DNA of 64,000 nt, from contig OZ245033.1 of assembly GCA_965224025.1 (NCBI GenBank), positions 3,072,001 to 3,136,000 on the forward strand. The letters are read 5' to 3'. A model generated the notes under the pieces. That model searched no databases, was not told the origin of the DNA, and was given only the letters and a program-made list of their open reading frames with translations. Shown one piece after another: positions 57,701 to 64,000 of the stretch. The stretch is from Candidatus Multivorans sp. Lineage in GTDB: Bacteria; Acidobacteriota; Thermoanaerobaculia; Multivoradales; Multivoraceae. Every line of letters starts with the position of its first letter. Positions within the stretch are counted from its first letter, which is position 1. The translations under genes were made by a program, and so were the position numbers.

Positions 57701-58565
57701 CGGCGCCCACCTGAACACGGTTCTCCAGGACTTGGTTGACGACCTTCGTGCCAAGCGTGAAGCCGAGTCGCCGGATCTCCGGCGGCGCGTTGCCGTGGGC
57801 TTCGATCTGCGAGCGGCCGAGTTGGCCGCCCGGCGCGGGAAGCTGGCGCGGAAGGGTGTCGGCCCAGGCGAGTCCGGCGGCGAAGAACTGAAGGCCGTCA
57901 AGCGCCGACAGAAGCGACTGTCCCGCAACCGCCAGCTCGCACTGCAGCGGATCGATGAGGAGGCACGGGACATTGGTCCCGGCGGCTTCCGGTTCCTGCT
58001 TCACGCGCTTGTCGTTCGCCCGGAGGATGTGGCCGGCGTGGAGAACGTCGAGCGGTTCGACGAGGCCGTGGAAGAGATCGCGGTCCGCATCGCCGCCGAT
58101 TGGGAGCGCCAGCGCGGCGCGCATGTCCAGGACGTGTCCAAGCCCGTGCTCGCCCGCGCGGCCGGCCTGCCCGACTGGCCCGGTTTCGACCTCTTGTCGA
58201 CCCTGCCGGGCGGCGACCAGCGCTGCATCGAAGTGAAGGGCCGTTCGGCCCGCTCCGCGGTTCCGGTCGAGAACAACGAGTGGGCCCAGGCATGCAAGCT
58301 GGGCGACCGGTACTGGCTCTACGCCGTCCTCGACTGCGCCACGCCGGCGCCCGAACTGTTCCGGGTCCGGGACCCGTTCGAGAAGCTGCTGGCGCACCAG
58401 CGGGTCAAGACCTTGTTCGATGTGCCGGTGGGATCGTTGATGAGAGCGGCAGAGGCCGAAGAACCGAAGCCAGAACCCGCGTGGCGCGGCTCCGCGCCGC
58501 GCGCGAACCAGTCCGTGCGGCCGTCAGCGGGCGCACGGATGGCAGGTCGGGGGGGACCAACATGA
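54765..58565 (+). CDS. XRE-HTH + SNF2 helicase + DUF3883 (PD-(D/E)XK) nuclease
   Basis: LGLTQEQFG..TVHRWESG; LLADDAGAGKT, DEAH, TATPH, GEGINLQ, WNPARLEQRMGRIHRYGQ; GFDLLS..IEVKG..NEW..YWLY. Confidence 0.9.
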   Translation: MAALTSPDGSPADVGKEVRRLRGQLGLTQEQFGDRMGVSTITVHRWESGQSRPRRLALEKLAQLSEQAAAESAPRPMRGLRRPTAAADGASLDFAGDLEAVLAVADALRLSFGHQFNPAFGIETSRIDPLLHQRFAVYERMLKQDPLRFLLADDAGAGKTIMTGLYVREMLSRGRLKRVLIVPPAGLVGNWRRELQTLFRLDFRIVSGADASGSNPFRGAGSDRVIVSVDTLAGEAMFEALRRAGGPAYDLVVFDEAHKLSVRERGVRVERTLRYKLAEALALGAESGSSFGGLGWTARHLLLLTATPHMGKSLPYAWLWRLLDAGAFGAVEAVRRAPRATRDRHFLRRTKEEMLGLDGEPLYPPRKCSTFTYELSGGDNGEQDLYDRTTQYLDEHYGRALDNQPAVELAKTVFQRRLASSTWALLRSFERRIEKLAQAADAIETGELTPELMHRRQALLSKRYRRDYFDDAAADEDVAPLGWAEGNEAYEDAVLGAVTVVGVEELRREAGQVEALAERARRLVDSGRETKFERLREVLEEPEHQNEKWLIFSEHRDTVDYLVRRLEGLGYRGQTAQIHGGMDWKERDRQVEAFRRPNGARYMVATDAAGEGINLQFCRLMVNYDIPWNPARLEQRMGRIHRYGQQFEVRIVNLVAGSTREGSVLQVLLEKLEEIRDELASDKVFDVIGRLFEGESLTRFMADAVTAEGERIAVERIEEALGASRVRAIGKRDAEVYGVPERNVTGEDLRPDVERERYLQLLPAHVRRLVERGARLLDVEIHGDLDDRFAFAPGRPGALDPLLPALEAYPPGARDWLTVRRPLEDDTGIWLHPGEPLFDALCTAIQARCGSDALRGAIFVDPRADEPYLLHLAELRVERQDLPGVSSASVPRNAGVSPASGVSGVSVPGNAGVSPASGAEGPIQAGRQVLERRLVALQQRADTPPAQCPVEQLLLLSGTKLAPGLAPLAPRAPVLRAQAGAHLNTVLQDLVDDLRAKREAESPDLRRRVAVGFDLRAAELAARRGKLARKGVGPGESGGEELKAVKRRQKRLSRNRQLALQRIDEEARDIGPGGFRFLLHALVVRPEDVAGVENVERFDEAVEEIAVRIAADWERQRGAHVQDVSKPVLARAAGLPDWPGFDLLSTLPGGDQRCIEVKGRSARSAVPVENNEWAQACKLGDRYWLYAVLDCATPAPELFRVRDPFEKLLAHQRVKTLFDVPVGSLMRAAEAEEPKPEPAWRGSAPRANQSVRPSAGARMAGRGGPT
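57412..57517 (-). repeat. two tandem 51-nt units carrying family B REP, in frame in the helicase
   Basis: units 57412-57462 and 57463-57513; encode SVPRNAGVSPASG and SVPGNAGVSPASG. Confidence 0.9.
58475..58545 (+). repeat. two-hairpin REP-like family A, copy 3, within the helicase 3' end
   Basis: gtggcgcggctccgcgccgc..aaccagtccgtgcggccgtcagcgggcgcacggatggcag. Confidence 0.8.
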
Positions 58566-58588
58566 TGATGAGAAAGGAACAACGAAAG

Positions 58589-59110
58589 ATGGGACTGACC
58601 CACGTTCAAGTGACTGTCCGCAACCCCGCCGACGCCGAGCGAAGCTGGGCGGGCGCCTTCCTGGTCGACACCGGGGCCATCGACTCCCTCGTGCCGAGAG
58701 AGCGACTGGAGCAGATCGGTTTGAAGCCGAAGGGGCGGCGCGTCTACGGACTTGCGGATGGAAGAGAGGCTGCGATGGACATCACGGTTGCGGAGTTGGA
58801 GTTCATGGGGGAGGTCATCGGCAGCACGATCGTCTTCGGAAAAGAGGGCTCTGAACCTCTCCTGGGCGTTACGGCGCTCGAGTCGATGGGCATCGAGGTC
58901 GATCCCGTGAGTCAACAACTGAGGAGGCTGCCTTCGATTCACTTGAAGACGACAGCAGGCGACGAACGGCCCTTGCGGGTGACCTCCGAGCAAGAGCGGG
59001 AAGGCGCACGTTCCGCCACGGGCCATCCAATGCCCACCGACCTGACAAGGCCGCCCGAGGAGGCCTCGGCCGGCCGCGTTCGGCAGGACCTCGGGGAGAG
59101 GTCACCATGA
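58589..59110 (+). CDS. clan AA aspartic protease (AF_0612-like)
   Basis: FLVDTGA, LADGRE, EPLLGVTALE; alternative in-frame ATG at 58562 overlaps the helicase stop. Confidence 0.8.
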   Translation: MGLTHVQVTVRNPADAERSWAGAFLVDTGAIDSLVPRERLEQIGLKPKGRRVYGLADGREAAMDITVAELEFMGEVIGSTIVFGKEGSEPLLGVTALESMGIEVDPVSQQLRRLPSIHLKTTAGDERPLRVTSEQEREGARSATGHPMPTDLTRPPEEASAGRVRQDLGERSP

Positions 59111-60213
59111 CTGCCTTCGAAGTTGCCGTCGTGCTGCTGGACTCGGTCGAGGAGCACCCCAACGCCGACCGTTTGGAGCTGGCTCGCGTCGGCGGCTACC
59201 GCTGCGTCGTTCCCAAGGGGAAGTACCAAGCCGGTGAGCGGGTTGCCTACATACCGGAAAACGCGATCGTCCCGGAGGATCTCCTGAGAAGCATGGGGCT
59301 CTGGGACGGCGATGCCGGCAAGGGCCGGCTCGGTGGCAAGAAGGGCGACCGTGTCCGGCCGGTCAGGTTGCGCGGCGAGCTCTCCCAAGGTGTGGTGTTC
59401 AAGCCGGGCGCCGACGCCGCGGTCGGGGACGACCTGGCCGCCGCCTACGGCGTCACGAAGTACGAGCCGAAGCTCCCGACCACGATGTCAGGCCAGGTCG
59501 CGAACGTCGGCGGTTTCCTCGTTTCCTACGACATCGAGAACATCAAGAAGTACCCGGACGTATTCGTGTCCGGCGAGATGGTCGTGGTGACCGAGAAACT
59601 GCACGGGACGTACGCTTGCTTCAGCTATATCCCACCGCCGGATAGCGCCTCGCTCCCCGCCGATCTACCCAACGGTTCGGTGCTGGTGGCGTCGAAGGGA
59701 CTTGGCGCGAAGGGCCTGGCGTTCAAGGACGTGGAGGACAACAGGAACAACCTCTACCTGCGGACTTGGCGGGAGCAGTTGCGGGACACCGGCGTCTGGC
59801 GTCGCGTGGAGGACTCCGCTCAGGGTCCCGTCCACATCATGGCCGAGATCTTCGGTCGTGGGGTGCAGGACCTGCACTACGGGCTGACGCGGCCCTCCCT
59901 ACGGGTCTTCGACGTGTTCCTGGGGCCGCCCGCCACCGGTTCGTTCCTGGGCTACGACGCGCTCTGCCGGACGACCGACGCGTGGGGCGCGGACCGGGTG
60001 CCTGAGCTCGCGGTGGCGCCGTTCAGCGAAGAGCTGATCGAAGAGCACCGGGACGGCCCCGACACGGTGTCCGGAAGCCACGTAAGGGAAGGCATCGTCA
60101 TCACGCCCAGGGAGGAGCGGCAGGACCGGCGGCTGCACCGGGATCGGGTAAAGCTGAAGGCCGTCAGCCCGGACTACCTGTTCCGCCGGGGGAAGAGGAC
60201 CGAGTACGAGTGA
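59107..60213 (+). CDS. ATP-dependent RNA ligase (DRB0094/Rnl2-like)
   Basis: N-terminal HPNADRLE and LRGELSQG; motif I EKLHGT, EIFG, FDV, REGIVI, KAVSPDYL. Confidence 0.88.
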   Translation: MTAFEVAVVLLDSVEEHPNADRLELARVGGYRCVVPKGKYQAGERVAYIPENAIVPEDLLRSMGLWDGDAGKGRLGGKKGDRVRPVRLRGELSQGVVFKPGADAAVGDDLAAAYGVTKYEPKLPTTMSGQVANVGGFLVSYDIENIKKYPDVFVSGEMVVVTEKLHGTYACFSYIPPPDSASLPADLPNGSVLVASKGLGAKGLAFKDVEDNRNNLYLRTWREQLRDTGVWRRVEDSAQGPVHIMAEIFGRGVQDLHYGLTRPSLRVFDVFLGPPATGSFLGYDALCRTTDAWGADRVPELAVAPFSEELIEEHRDGPDTVSGSHVREGIVITPREERQDRRLHRDRVKLKAVSPDYLFRRGKRTEYE

Positions 60214-60223
60214 TGGGTGACCC

Positions 60224-60688
60224 TCAACCAGCAGTGGCGCGGGCGCGTCTCGATTCCGGCGCGGCTCGATCCCCAACGACCAAGTGGCGACCGAGGGTGC
60301 GGAGAACAGCCGCGATGTAGTCGAGCCGTGAGGGGCGGTCAAGGTCGAGAAGCCGACGGACCTTGGTCTCGCGAACACCCAGGGACCGGGCGAGTGAGCG
60401 ACGTGAGATGCCTTCGCGGCGCATCGCCGTGTAGAGGGCCAGTTGCGCTGCCGTGTTCGGCGGCAACGTGACCACATGGTGCTCCTCGGAAGGCGTGCTC
60501 GGCACCGGAATCTCCTGCCGTGCCTCGACGTACATGCTGAGGGCGACGATCAGCGCATTCTCGGCGAGGATCAGGGATTCTTGGCGGGTGGCGCCGCCCG
60601 TGATCGCTTCGGGAAGGTCCGGAAAGGTGACCAGGTAGCCGGGATCGTCCTCCTCCGGCGTCAAGATGCAGGGATACGCGTAGTTCAT
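60224..60688 (-). CDS. hicB: HicB-family antitoxin with C-terminal HTH (no adjacent hicA seen)
   Basis: YLVTFPDLPEAITGG, IPVPS, LARSLGV..VRRLLD. Confidence 0.85.
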   Translation of the reverse strand: MNYAYPCILTPEEDDPGYLVTFPDLPEAITGGATRQESLILAENALIVALSMYVEARQEIPVPSTPSEEHHVVTLPPNTAAQLALYTAMRREGISRRSLARSLGVRETKVRRLLDLDRPSRLDYIAAVLRTLGRHLVVGDRAAPESRRARATAG

Positions 60689-60803
60689 CTCAGCTTCCTT
60701 CACGCGAGGCGGATGACAACTGGCCGGCGCTCCGGGCTACGATTGGCGGCGATGCCACCGATCGATTCGCGGGACTTCCGGGGATGCCGGAACGGGGCCG
60801 CCT

Positions 60804-63800
60804 GTGCGTGACGGCCGCCGGGGTCGCGGCGGCGGTAGGTCGGCCACTCCCGGTACCCGTCTGATCGAGGCGGCGTTCCCACTACGCCAGACCTCGTTGG
60901 ATTCGGTCCACGAGAAGAACGTCCGGCACGGGCATATCTCGACGCTGCACATCTGGCCGGCTCGGCGGCCGTTGGCGGCTTGCCGGGCGGTGTTGCTGGC
61001 GACGCTGCTGCCCGACCCGGGGGACGCGGATGGGCGGCGGCGGTTGATGGGGCGGATTGCGGGCGAGGTGCGCCAGCGGCAGACACCGGCCGGGAAGCTG
61101 AAGGACGAGACGGCGGGCGGCGTTCTGCACTGGGGCCGTGAGAGCGACCCGGAGCTTGAGAAGCTGCGGCATGAGGTCAGGGAGGCGTTCGGCGGGCGGG
61201 CGCCGCGAGTGCTGGATCCGTTTGCAGGCGGCGGGGCAATCCCGCTGGAGGCGATGCGGCTGGGCTGCGAGGTCACGGCCTCCGACCTCAACCCGGTGGC
61301 CTGGTTCGTGCTGCGCTGCACGCTGCACTATCCGCGGCTGGTTGCGGGGCAGGAACTGCCGCTACCGGAATTCGCGGTCGGCGACCGGAGCTTCGTTGAA
61401 GCGTTCCTCAAGGCGCAGGGCGTGACGAAGAAGGCCGCGCTGCGCGAGAGGCTGCGCGAGTTGGGCCATGCGGACGGAGAACCGGTACAACTGCGGTCGG
61501 CCTTGCTCGACGGCGCGGCCGACTCGGCCTGGAGGAAGGCGCGGACATCGGCGGCTCGGCATAGCGATCCGTCCCTGGGAACGCGGGCGTCCCGCCCGCA
61601 TCCGGCCCGAGACGGCGCCGTGCCCTCCCTGCCCGCGAGCTTCCCTTGGCACTTACGGGCTTGGGGTCGCCGCGTTCTGGCCGAGGCACGGCGCGAGCTG
61701 GCGAAGCGCTATCCGACCTATGCCGAGTTCGAGCCGGTGCGCCGGAAGGGTCGGCGAAAGCGGGACGCCGAGGTGCGGTTCCCGGAGAGGCGTTTCCGGC
61801 CGCGGCCGCCGGAACTGCTTGAGCCGGACTCCGAGGGCAACGTGTCGGTGGCGGCACTGAACGCCGAGTTCGACTCCGTTCATCTGGAGAACGAGGCGAA
61901 CCCGCGCTGGGTCGCGAAGCCGACGGTTGCCTACCTTTGGGCTCGCACGGTTCGTTGCGCGAACTGCCGGGCGGAGCTGCCGCTGCTCAAGACGCGCTGG
62001 CTGTGCAAGAAGCCCGGCAAGCGGGTGCTGCTTCAGATGACGACGCGGGCGGACGGTTCCGGAGTGGAGTTCGCGCTGGAGCACGGCGTGCCGGAAGGCG
62101 AGGGGAACGCGGCCCGGCGGCGCGAGCACGACCGGCGGCTCGGCGCCGGGACGATGAGCCGCAGCGGCGCCGAGTGTCCGTGCTGCGAGGCCATCGCGAC
62201 GACAGCCGACGTTCGGACCGAGGGAATCGCGGGGCGGCTCGGCGAACGGATGACCGCCGTGGTCGTGGCCGGGCAGCAGGGCAAGGAGTACCGCTTGCCG
62301 ACGAAGGTCGAGATCAAGGCGGTAAAGGTCGACGAGGAGGACCTGCGGGTTGTCTTCGACGGGATTCCGTTCGGTTTGCCGGAAGAGGAGATCTGTTCGG
62401 TTCGGCCGTCGCCAAACGCACGCGGCGCTTCTGGTCTGCCACGCTACGGTCTTGATACGTGGCGCAAGCTCTTCACCAGCCGTCAGTTGCTGGCGCTCGG
62501 GATATCCGTCCGGGCGATTCGAAGCGCTCCGGTCGCGATGAACGACTATCCGGAGGAGTGGCGCGAGGCGATGGCGGCGAACTTGGCCTGCGTCCTGAGC
62601 AAGCTGTCGGACTACAGCAGTTCCGTCTGTTCCTGGCACAACTCGGGTGAGAAGCTCAGAAACACTTTCGCTCGGTTTGCGTTGCCCATGGTGTGGGACT
62701 ACTGCGAGGTCAACCCGCTGTCCCAGACCTCAGGCGGCTTTGCGGCCATGATGGATTGGGTAGCGCGTTACACCGATCACGCGCTCGGCGCGCTCGCAGC
62801 AGCGTCAGCCCCCGAAGTACGAGCACAGAGCGCGGTCTCGCTGCGGGACGGCGGTGCCGACCTCATTTGCACCGATCCGCCCTACTACGATGCCATCCCG
62901 TACTCGGACCTCATGGACTTCTTCTACGTCTGGTTGCGCCGCGCGCTCGCCGGACTGTCGCCATCTGCGGATAGAGCCTTCGCCAGTCCCTTGGGGCCCA
63001 AATGGGACCCGGCGGCTTTGGGCGGAAGAGGGGATGGTGAACTCGTTGATCAGCCCGGTCGGTTCGCGGGTGACGGTGCCGAGTCGCGCCGCGCCTACGA
63101 GGACGGAATGGAGCTGACCTTCAGGCGCTGCCGCGAGGCTCTCGTCGACGACGGTCGCCTCGTAGTGGTGTTCGCTAACAAGCAGCCCTCCGCCTGGGAA
63201 ACCTTGGTTTCGGCCCTGATCCGTGCTGGTTTTGTCGTTCGAGCTTCTTGGCCGATCCAGACGGAGATGGTCAACAAGGTGGCGGGCGGCGCCCGACTGT
63301 CCTCCTCCATCTGGTTGGTGTGCCGCCGGCGCCCCGCAACCGCGCGGCCGGGCTGGGACGGCGGAGTGCTGTCGGAGATGCGCACCAACATCACGGATCG
63401 CCTGCGGCAGTTCTGGGACGCGGGCATTCGCGGCCCGGACTTCGTTTGGGCGGCGACCGGTCCGGCGCTCGAGGCCTTCAGCCGCCATCCTGTCGTCAAG
63501 AAGGCCGACGCCCAGGGTGAACTGCTGTCGGTCGCCGAGTTCCTGCGCCAGGTGCGGAGAATGGTCGTGGGCTTCGCGGTCAGCCGCCTGCTCGCGGGCG
63601 GGCTGCACGAGTCGCGAGCGGCTGCGGAACTCGACGACTTGACAACGTACTACCTCCTTCACCGCCACGACTATGGACTCGACGCGGCCCCGGCCGGCGC
63701 ATGCATCCTCTACGCCGTCTCCTGCAACCCGTCGGACGCCGAACTCGCCGGCGGTCTGGACCTGCTGGTGCGCGGCGGTGCCTCCAAGACCGCGGTCCCG

Positions 63801-64000
63801 GACGAGGATGGAGACGAGGACGGCTCAGAAACCGCCGGTTCGGCTTCGGAGGCCCGGCTGAAGCCGTGGAACCGGCGTCGCGGCCGCAACTTGGGCGAAC
63901 CCTCGGCGGACGGCGCAACGCCGCCCCTGATCGACTGCGTCCACCGGCTGATGCAGCTCTGGAAGACGGGCGAGCAGGGCCGCGTGGATCGCTACCTGGC
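60804..64000 (+). CDS. DUF1156 adenine-specific DNA methyltransferase, runs off the window end
   Basis: absent from the ORF track; hand translation gives RLIEAAFPL, LHIWPARRPLAACRA, motif I VLDPFAGGG, CANC and CPCC Zn sites, motif IV TDPPYYD; GTG start inferred. Confidence 0.9.
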   Translation, partial: MRDGRRGRGGGRSATPGTRLIEAAFPLRQTSLDSVHEKNVRHGHISTLHIWPARRPLAACRAVLLATLLPDPGDADGRRRLMGRIAGEVRQRQTPAGKLKDETAGGVLHWGRESDPELEKLRHEVREAFGGRAPRVLDPFAGGGAIPLEAMRLGCEVTASDLNPVAWFVLRCTLHYPRLVAGQELPLPEFAVGDRSFVEAFLKAQGVTKKAALRERLRELGHADGEPVQLRSALLDGAADSAWRKARTSAARHSDPSLGTRASRPHPARDGAVPSLPASFPWHLRAWGRRVLAEARRELAKRYPTYAEFEPVRRKGRRKRDAEVRFPERRFRPRPPELLEPDSEGNVSVAALNAEFDSVHLENEANPRWVAKPTVAYLWARTVRCANCRAELPLLKTRWLCKKPGKRVLLQMTTRADGSGVEFALEHGVPEGEGNAARRREHDRRLGAGTMSRSGAECPCCEAIATTADVRTEGIAGRLGERMTAVVVAGQQGKEYRLPTKVEIKAVKVDEEDLRVVFDGIPFGLPEEEICSVRPSPNARGASGLPRYGLDTWRKLFTSRQLLALGISVRAIRSAPVAMNDYPEEWREAMAANLACVLSKLSDYSSSVCSWHNSGEKLRNTFARFALPMVWDYCEVNPLSQTSGGFAAMMDWVARYTDHALGALAAASAPEVRAQSAVSLRDGGADLICTDPPYYDAIPYSDLMDFFYVWLRRALAGLSPSADRAFASPLGPKWDPAALGGRGDGELVDQPGRFAGDGAESRRAYEDGMELTFRRCREALVDDGRLVVVFANKQPSAWETLVSALIRAGFVVRASWPIQTEMVNKVAGGARLSSSIWLVCRRRPATARPGWDGGVLSEMRTNITDRLRQFWDAGIRGPDFVWAATGPALEAFSRHPVVKKADAQGELLSVAEFLRQVRRMVVGFAVSRLLAGGLHESRAAAELDDLTTYYLLHRHDYGLDAAPAGACILYAVSCNPSDAELAGGLDLLVRGGASKTAVPDEDGDEDGSETAGSASEARLKPWNRRRGRNLGEPSADGATPPLIDCVHRLMQLWKTGEQGRVDRYL
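61568..61605 (-). repeat. family B REP in frame within the DUF1156 methylase
   Basis: tccgtccctgggaacgcgggcgtcccgcccgcatccgg, encoding PSLGTRASRPHP. Confidence 0.85.

Overview
High-GC bacterial chromosomal window. The gene content suggests Acidobacteriota or a similar lineage, but that is inference only. Core and energy genes: smc divergent from pyrR-pyrB-pyrC; a Rieske / cytochrome b / octaheme HAO-family operon; an incomplete alternative complex III (actC-actD-actF only), flanked by two amicyanin-motif proteins and followed by an A-family heme-copper oxidase whose subunit I lacks the K-channel lysine; an RND efflux locus; a TonB receptor; a PSD1/DUF1501 pair; and amtB. Accessory or defence-like segments: an OLD-like ATPase-TOPRIM gene broken by one in-frame TGA; mazE with a frameshifted mazF and neighbouring gene remnants; a small island encoding a PBECR2-like RNase and a HEPN-motif/CBS protein; and at the right end an XRE-SNF2-DUF3883 helicase / DUF1156 methylase (BREX-related) locus with an aspartic protease, an RNA ligase and a solo HicB between them. 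Three dispersed structured repeat families are visible. One is a ~190-nt element with two independently perfect terminal stems; REP-like hairpins of the other two also sit in frame inside genes. No rRNA, tRNA or CRISPR array was recognised. All product calls come from motifs read by eye, with no database searches.
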